Assembly: GCA_947040475.1 (NCBI GenBank)
Contig: CAMRBT010000001.1
Coordinates: 1 to 47,463, forward strand
Direction of reading: 5' to 3'
DNA length: 47,463 nt
Origin: an uncultured Brevinema sp.
GTDB taxonomy: Bacteria; Spirochaetota; Brevinematia; Brevinematales; Brevinemataceae
Positions within the stretch are counted from its first letter, which is position 1; the number at the start of each line of letters is the position of its first letter. Positions 42,789-47,463 of the stretch are shown here, in pieces. The notes beneath the pieces were generated by a model. That model had not been told where the DNA came from and did no database searches. It saw only the letters and a program-made list of their open reading frames with translations. A program made the position numbers and the translations under genes.

Positions 42789-43661
42789 ATGGTTATTAAT
42801 AATAATATATCTGCGATTTTTGGAAATCGTCAGTTAGAAGTGCAAGGTCTTGCAAATTCTAAAACTATGGAGAAACTTTCTTCAGGTATGAGAATTAACA
42901 AAGCTGGAGACGATGCGTCTGGATTAGCTGTTTCTGAAAAAATGCGTGCACAGATCAAAGGTTTGAATCGTGCTAACATGAATACTCAAGATGGTGTTTC
43001 TTTCATTCAAACAACTGAAGGATACCTTGCTGAAACAACACAAATACTACAACGTGTTCGTGAACTAGCAATTCAATCTTCAAACGGAATTTACACAGAT
43101 GAAGATCGTGAATATATCCAAGTTGAAGTTTCACAAATGATCTCTGAATTAGATCGTATTTCTGAAGATGCTCAGTTCAACGGAATGAAGATGCTTACAG
43201 GAACATTCGAAAAAGCAACAGCTGAAAGACCAGCTCAAGCTTCTATGTGGATTCACCTCGGTGCTAACATGGACGAAAGAGTTCAAATAAACATTGGAAA
43301 TATGAATTCTCAAGCTTTGGGACTTAAATCACCTGTTGGAAACCCAATTACAGCGTCTTTTATTTCTTTAGGAACACAAAATTCTTCTAACGCTGCTATC
43401 GGTCTTGTTGACCAAGCATTACGTACTGTTAACTCACAAAGAGCTGATTTAGGTGCTTACCAAAACAGACTTGAATCTGCTACACGTTCTATCCAAATCG
43501 GATATGAAAATCTTCAAGGTGCAGAATCACGTATTCGTGATACTAACATGGCTAAAGAATCAAGCGTACACGCTAGAAACCAAGTCATGATGCAAGCTGC
43601 AAACGCTATGTTAGCACAAGCTAACCAACAGCCACAACTTGTACTAGGACTTTTGAGATAA
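42789..43661 (+). CDS. flaB: Flagellar filament core protein FlaB, copy 3
   Basis: MVINNNISAIFGNRQ..., with conserved N- and C-terminal flagellin domains and a ...GLLR terminus. The ATG at 42789 has the same SD spacing as flaB1. Confidence 0.95.
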   Translation: MVINNNISAIFGNRQLEVQGLANSKTMEKLSSGMRINKAGDDASGLAVSEKMRAQIKGLNRANMNTQDGVSFIQTTEGYLAETTQILQRVRELAIQSSNGIYTDEDREYIQVEVSQMISELDRISEDAQFNGMKMLTGTFEKATAERPAQASMWIHLGANMDERVQINIGNMNSQALGLKSPVGNPITASFISLGTQNSSNAAIGLVDQALRTVNSQRADLGAYQNRLESATRSIQIGYENLQGAESRIRDTNMAKESSVHARNQVMMQAANAMLAQANQQPQLVLGLLR

Positions 43662-43683
43662 TATTATTTATTATATCAAAAAA

Positions 43684-43710
43684 ACTCCTAACTTCGGTTA
43701 GGAGTTTTTT
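43684..43710 (+). terminator. Terminator after flaB3
   Basis: Stem actcctaac/gttaggagt with a ttcg loop, followed by T6. Confidence 0.85.
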
Positions 43711-43749
43711 GATTATATTCGTACATTAACACTCTATATCTGATTTCAC

Positions 43750-43778
43750 TTGATATTACACAAAAAATATAATATAGT
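43750..43778 (+). promoter_or_regulatory. Orphan sigma70-type promoter
   Basis: TTGATA (43750-55), 17-nt spacer, TATAGT (43773-78). No ORF longer than about 40 codons follows before the terminator at 43963. Confidence 0.45.
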
Positions 43779-43962
43779 ATCGTATGGGAGAATTTCAAAT
43801 GAAATCTATTAAAAATATAATTTATTAGAGGCTAGGTATCAATTATTCCTACTGACAGAAGAATCATCTTTGGAGTTCACAAGAACTCTCTGTATCTACC
43901 GCATCTAAAAAAGAGGTGCTATTTAAATAATTTTTAAAATAATAATATTATTCAAATCAAAA

Positions 43963-43989
43963 ACACAGTTTATAAAGACTGTGTTTTTT
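43963..43989 (+). terminator. Orphan rho-independent terminator (sequence paralogue of the one at 44413)
   Basis: Stem acacagt/actgtgt followed by T6. Confidence 0.7.
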
Positions 43990-44057
43990 ATTGCCCTTTT
44001 TAAATAAAATCATTAGCTTTGATACACGACTTTATAAAAGTCTGAGAGAGGATTATT

Positions 44058-44390
44058 ATGAAATTTTTATTAATAGCACTATTGTTTTTGACTTCTTGTT
44101 CTACTGTATCTGAAGACGGATTTTTAAATCAAGTCATGGGAAAAATTGCTTACGATACAGACAGTATTATCACAAAAAGAGGAGAGTTTTCTAGTGATGG
44201 GAGAGAGTTTAACTTCGTAGGGGGCACTATTCCTATAAAAATATATAAAGCCAAAGATCAAAACACTGCCTATTATATAGAAAAAAAAACAGGTGTTACT
44301 ACACGATATAAATTTAGCATTAATGGTAATGAATTGACAATAGATGCAGAAAATGGACAGCCACCCAATACTCTATACCTAAATAACTAA
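44058..44390 (+). CDS. Small lipoprotein, family member F
   Basis: Lipobox FLTSC, followed by GFLNQVMGKIAY. SD GAGAGAGG lies upstream. Confidence 0.6.
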   Translation: MKFLLIALLFLTSCSTVSEDGFLNQVMGKIAYDTDSIITKRGEFSSDGREFNFVGGTIPIKIYKAKDQNTAYYIEKKTGVTTRYKFSINGNELTIDAENGQPPNTLYLNN

Positions 44391-44412
44391 GAATATCTCT
44401 TAAAAATAAAAA

Positions 44413-44441
44413 ACACAGCCCTTACAGACTGTGTTTTTTTT
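44413..44441. terminator. Bidirectional terminator between lipoprotein F and bamA
   Basis: Stem acacag/ctgtgt flanked by A- and T-tracts. Confidence 0.75.
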
Positions 44442-44473
44442 ATAATTATTTTAATTTTAGAGTAAAACTTTAC

Positions 44474-44533
44474 TCAGACTAAGCCTGCCTAGAATAGACT
44501 TGTCTAGAATAGACTTGCTTAGAATAAGCCTTG
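44474..44533 (-). repeat. Four tandem 15-nt units in the bamA reading frame, each encoding four residues plus a stop
   Basis: Minus strand reads caaggcttattctaa / gcaagtctattctag / acaagtctattctag / gcaggcttagtctga, which is QGLF* ASLF* TSLF* AGLV*. The first unit is the real bamA 3' end. Confidence 0.9.
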
Positions 44534-46981
44534 GATTGAGAATACAAATTCCCACCCTTCCCAGAAACTTGAATTATTAGCAAGTTGGAAGGAACCACCC
44601 ATCCATTCTACAGGTCTAGCTGCATAGAGTCGTATTGGTAATACAGGTAAGTTGATCGCTAAACCAACACCAAAACTCATAATATAATTAGGTCTTTTCC
44701 AAGAGAAATCTTCCCAGTCAGCAAAAACAGCACCATAGTCCCAGAATGCAACTGCTCCAACAAAGCTCCAAATAGGAATACGTGTTTCTATAGAGAAGTA
44801 TGAGGTACTTTCACCTTTATTTAAGTAATTTAACCAACCTCGCATCTTATAAACACCATCGAAATTCATTAAGTTGGCATCTCTATAAGAGAATTGTTGT
44901 CCAAATTGAGGAAATAAGAAAGCCATATCATAATGGAAGGCTATTGTTAATTCCCAGAATGGTTTAAGGTAATAATCAAAACTATAAGTCATATTAATAA
45001 AGTGAATATCTCCACCTAGGATACCACCAGAAAAAGATACAAATAAAGCTGTGTTTATCCCTTTAGTTGGCCATAGACCACCATCAGTATTATTAAATCG
45101 TAATGTGGTATAAATACTACTTTGTAATGTCCAACCCTGATTTCCATCTGCGATAGAATCAATAAGACTATCATCTATTTGCCAAATACCATCAAATTTT
45201 AGAGGTGTAGAGAAGTTTGCTAAATAATCTCTGAAGATATTAATCTCATAACCTAGATTAGCATTCCAATAAACAGCAAATTGAACACCAACAGCTAAAC
45301 CTATACGGAAACTCAATCTTGTATATTCGCTTTCAGATTCGTAACTATTTAATACGTCTTCTGGATTGTTTTCATAGTCAAAATCTGTTCCATCAATAAA
45401 TCCATCTCTATTTTCATCAGTAGGCATATCTATGTATTGATTGTTAAAAACACCAAGAATAAAACTTATAGAGAAAGGAGAGTTAAAAATAGCTGGTTCT
45501 GTAAAGGTGATTTCACCTAATTGTCTGTACTCACCGTATTCACCACGTATAGAAACTTGTAAGCCTCGTCCTAGAAGATTTTTTTCTGATAGTTTAATAC
45601 CAGCACTAAAACCACTAACCGTTCCATAACCAACAAGGAATTCTATCATCCCCGTTTGTTGTTCTGTAACTACAAAGTCCACATTCACTAAGCCCTCAGC
45701 ACTACCAGGAGAAGGCTCAACTCGAACATCTGAGAAGAATTGAGTTTGCATAATTCTGTTATAACTTTGTTCAAGCTTATTATTGACGTATAACTCGCCT
45801 TCTTTAATTTGAATATATCTTTTAATAACACTAGGTAGTGTTTTGGTGTTTCCACGAACATTTATATTTTCTATATGAGCACGAGAACCTTCAAAAACAA
45901 CAAAAGCTGTATCAATAATATTATCTGCTCTTTTTTCTTGTACGGCAGAGATATTTGCAAATAAATATCCTCTATCCGCATAACTTTTATAAATCGCAGC
46001 TCTATCTTGTTCAATTTTAGTTTTGTTATAAACATCACCTTTTTTGAGTGTTAGAAATTGAAATAATTCTTTATCTGAGAAAATAGTATTATTTTCAAAA
46101 GAAAAATCACCAACAGTATAAGGAAGACCTTCTATGATATCTATTCTTAATACAATACCACGTACTGTTTTAGTTATTTCACCTTTTTTATTTGTGGAAA
46201 CAATATCTTCGATATCCCAAGTATAATTAGGGATAGTCATATCCATATATCCATTTTCTTGATAAAAAGCTTGAATTATTTCTTTATCTATAGCAAATTC
46301 TTCTTCTTTAAGAACCCCACTACGAAAAATCCCTAGTTTCTTTTTGGTTTTCATGATGCCTTGAAGTTTGCTTGCTTTGAAAGAATCATTTCCTGTAAAA
46401 ATAATATCTCTAACAACAATTTTTGGACCTTCAGCAACTTCAAAAATCAGATCATATTGTCCCGGTAATTGTTTGATAGGTGCTAAACGATAAGCAACTT
46501 CTGATTCCAAATTACCTTCTTCTTCAAAATATTGTTTTAAGTCATAAACAGCAGCTCGAACAGCAGCCTCTCTAAAAGCCATCCCTTCTTTAAGATCGAT
46601 TTCATCTTTGAGCTTGCCCGCTTTAAAACGAGAAACACCCTCAAAGACGATTCTATCTATTAAGGATTCTTCTTTTACAATAAAGGTGATTACCACCCCT
46701 TCTCTTGTGTTGCTAATATCTACTGTTGCTGTTTGAAATCGTTGCATAGCGTACAGATCTTTTAGAGCAAAATTTAATTTCTCTGTAGTGAACGTATCTC
46801 CAGGTCTTAATTGAACAACATTGAGAACATCGTTTTCACTTGTTGCTTTAAGTCCCTGAAATCTGACTTCTGCTACTACTTTTGACATATCTTGAGCATT
46901 TAAATTAGTTGCAAATAAACAACTTAAGATTAAAAAAACTTTTGTAAAAAATTTCAATAGAGATCTCCCAATTATATTCAT
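44519..46981 (-). CDS. bamA: Outer membrane protein assembly factor BamA (Omp85/D15)
   Basis: 820 aa. A signal peptide is followed by repeated POTRA-like modules (V..I.F.G......L) and a C-terminal beta-barrel ending ...FSIQGLF. Confidence 0.9.
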   Translation of the reverse strand: MNIIGRSLLKFFTKVFLILSCLFATNLNAQDMSKVVAEVRFQGLKATSENDVLNVVQLRPGDTFTTEKLNFALKDLYAMQRFQTATVDISNTREGVVITFIVKEESLIDRIVFEGVSRFKAGKLKDEIDLKEGMAFREAAVRAAVYDLKQYFEEEGNLESEVAYRLAPIKQLPGQYDLIFEVAEGPKIVVRDIIFTGNDSFKASKLQGIMKTKKKLGIFRSGVLKEEEFAIDKEIIQAFYQENGYMDMTIPNYTWDIEDIVSTNKKGEITKTVRGIVLRIDIIEGLPYTVGDFSFENNTIFSDKELFQFLTLKKGDVYNKTKIEQDRAAIYKSYADRGYLFANISAVQEKRADNIIDTAFVVFEGSRAHIENINVRGNTKTLPSVIKRYIQIKEGELYVNNKLEQSYNRIMQTQFFSDVRVEPSPGSAEGLVNVDFVVTEQQTGMIEFLVGYGTVSGFSAGIKLSEKNLLGRGLQVSIRGEYGEYRQLGEITFTEPAIFNSPFSISFILGVFNNQYIDMPTDENRDGFIDGTDFDYENNPEDVLNSYESESEYTRLSFRIGLAVGVQFAVYWNANLGYEINIFRDYLANFSTPLKFDGIWQIDDSLIDSIADGNQGWTLQSSIYTTLRFNNTDGGLWPTKGINTALFVSFSGGILGGDIHFINMTYSFDYYLKPFWELTIAFHYDMAFLFPQFGQQFSYRDANLMNFDGVYKMRGWLNYLNKGESTSYFSIETRIPIWSFVGAVAFWDYGAVFADWEDFSWKRPNYIMSFGVGLAINLPVLPIRLYAARPVEWMGGSFQLANNSSFWEGWEFVFSIQGLF

Positions 46982-47101
46982 GATTAAAAGCTAAAAAACA
47001 TAGCATTACATCATTAGAGCAGTAAAAATAGAAAATAGTTTATTTAATTAGTATACTATTTTTATGGGAAAATATCAAGTATCTTACGAAAATAAGGACC
47101 C

Positions 47102-47463
47102 TTAAAATCTTTTTTTAAGAGAAATTTCGCCCTTACCTTCTAATTCAGGAGCTGACTGAGCGCTCGGCACTACTTCTATTTGTGCATTTCCCCCTATACC
47201 ACCTTGCCAATTATAAGGTAGTACCCATGTCCATTCTGCACCAACTGTATGAATTTGATTTAAACTGCCTGAGTCTAAACTAGAGTTATCGGGGGATTCT
47301 AATCGTAGATTGTATTTTATTTGTACGCCTTGAATACCAGGTAAATATTGACCAACTTCTAATTCTGAACCGTGGAGAATACTCAATCCTGTTACTGCTC
47401 CTGAACCCGAACCCCCAGATACAGAACGTGTTAGATTTCCTAATACATCTGTTTTTATTTGGA
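47102..47463 (-). CDS. C-terminal end of a TamB-like (DUF490) translocation/assembly module protein, 5' end outside the window
   Basis: The frame stays open beyond the listed TTG at 47386 up to the window edge. ELEVGQYLPGIQGVQIKYN resembles the TamB C-terminal G.YL.P.LY..Y motif. The position directly upstream of bamA matches spirochaetal tamB-bamA synteny. Confidence 0.45.
   Translation of the reverse strand, partial: QIKTDVLGNLTRSVSGGSGSGAVTGLSILHGSELEVGQYLPGIQGVQIKYNLRLESPDNSSLDSGSLNQIHTVGAEWTWVLPYNWQGGIGGNAQIEVVPSAQSAPELEGKGEISLKKRF

Noticed and set aside
276-45629. All remaining 60-99-aa ORFs in the track: 276-458, 1850-2035, 3389-3571, 8434-8616, 9064-9258, 11425-11637, 11858-12103, 14325-14543, 15733-15945, 17724-17957, 18627-18839, 20574-20759, 21526-21807, 22522-22707, 22589-22777, 23376-23597, 32407-32592, 33544-33795, 34910-35209, 35849-36049, 38652-38870, 45441-45629
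   Set aside because: Each lies inside, usually antisense to or out of frame with, a long gene with recognisable homology or strong coding character. None has a convincing SD or a recognisable product. Such ORFs are expected by chance in AT-rich DNA on the strand opposite real genes.
1-47463. Search for rRNA/tRNA genes, CRISPR arrays, IS elements, integrases, toxin-antitoxin or restriction/defence genes
   Set aside because: None was seen. All intergenic regions longer than 150 nt are AT-rich promoter/terminator DNA without tRNA-like GC-rich cloverleaf segments. No ORF shows transposase, integrase, nuclease or methylase signatures.

Overview
AT-rich, densely coding chromosomal segment, most likely from a spirochaete. 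The grounds are three FlaB-type core flagellin genes starting M(I/V)INNNIS, a FlgJ-N rod-binding gene, many L-x-x-C lipobox proteins and a TamB-like/BamA pair. I call about 45 protein genes and see no rRNA, tRNA, CRISPR array, transposase or prophage signature. Gene content runs in this order. (1) A GlcNAc/PTS block: EIICB, a MATE pump, then a minus-strand chain of a nagB-like gene, a nagB-nagA fusion, ptsI and ptsH, plus a divergent crr. (2) A housekeeping run: murI, a SurA-like gene, nusB, mazG, recG. (3) Tandem flaB1 and flaB2, a DAACS transporter, ileS-lspA, a SpoIID-like gene, and a TPR-NHL-vWA gene overlapping coaE. (4) A putative outer-membrane protein, glgB, two tandem ferritin-like genes and an arylsulfotransferase-like lipoprotein. 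(5) A chain rnfC-like, rnfD+G-like, rnfE-like, rnfA-like, moxR. (6) A basic Zn-ribbon-like gene with recO. (7) A cluster of small paralogous lipoproteins surrounding a flgJ-N-like gene and flaB3. (8) bamA and the 3' end of a tamB-like gene. The most unusual item is the Rnf-like operon at 33356-38393. It has no rnfB, D and G are fused, and by-eye alignment shows the flavinylation motifs, the RnfC Gly-rich loop and most RnfA/E cysteines are missing, while it runs straight into a MoxR AAA+ ATPase. Other points worth a second look are listed here. Both NagB homologues lack the catalytic Asp, and one of them is fused to NagA. Four in-frame 15-nt repeats, each encoding x-x-L-F/V plus a stop, sit at the bamA 3' end. 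coaE carries a 15-nt in-frame triplication. An orphan promoter-terminator unit has no ORF. The flaB leaders carry sigma28-like and CsrA-like elements. IleS has non-canonical HIGH and KMSKS motifs. All homology calls come from reading the translations by eye, so no database search was run.
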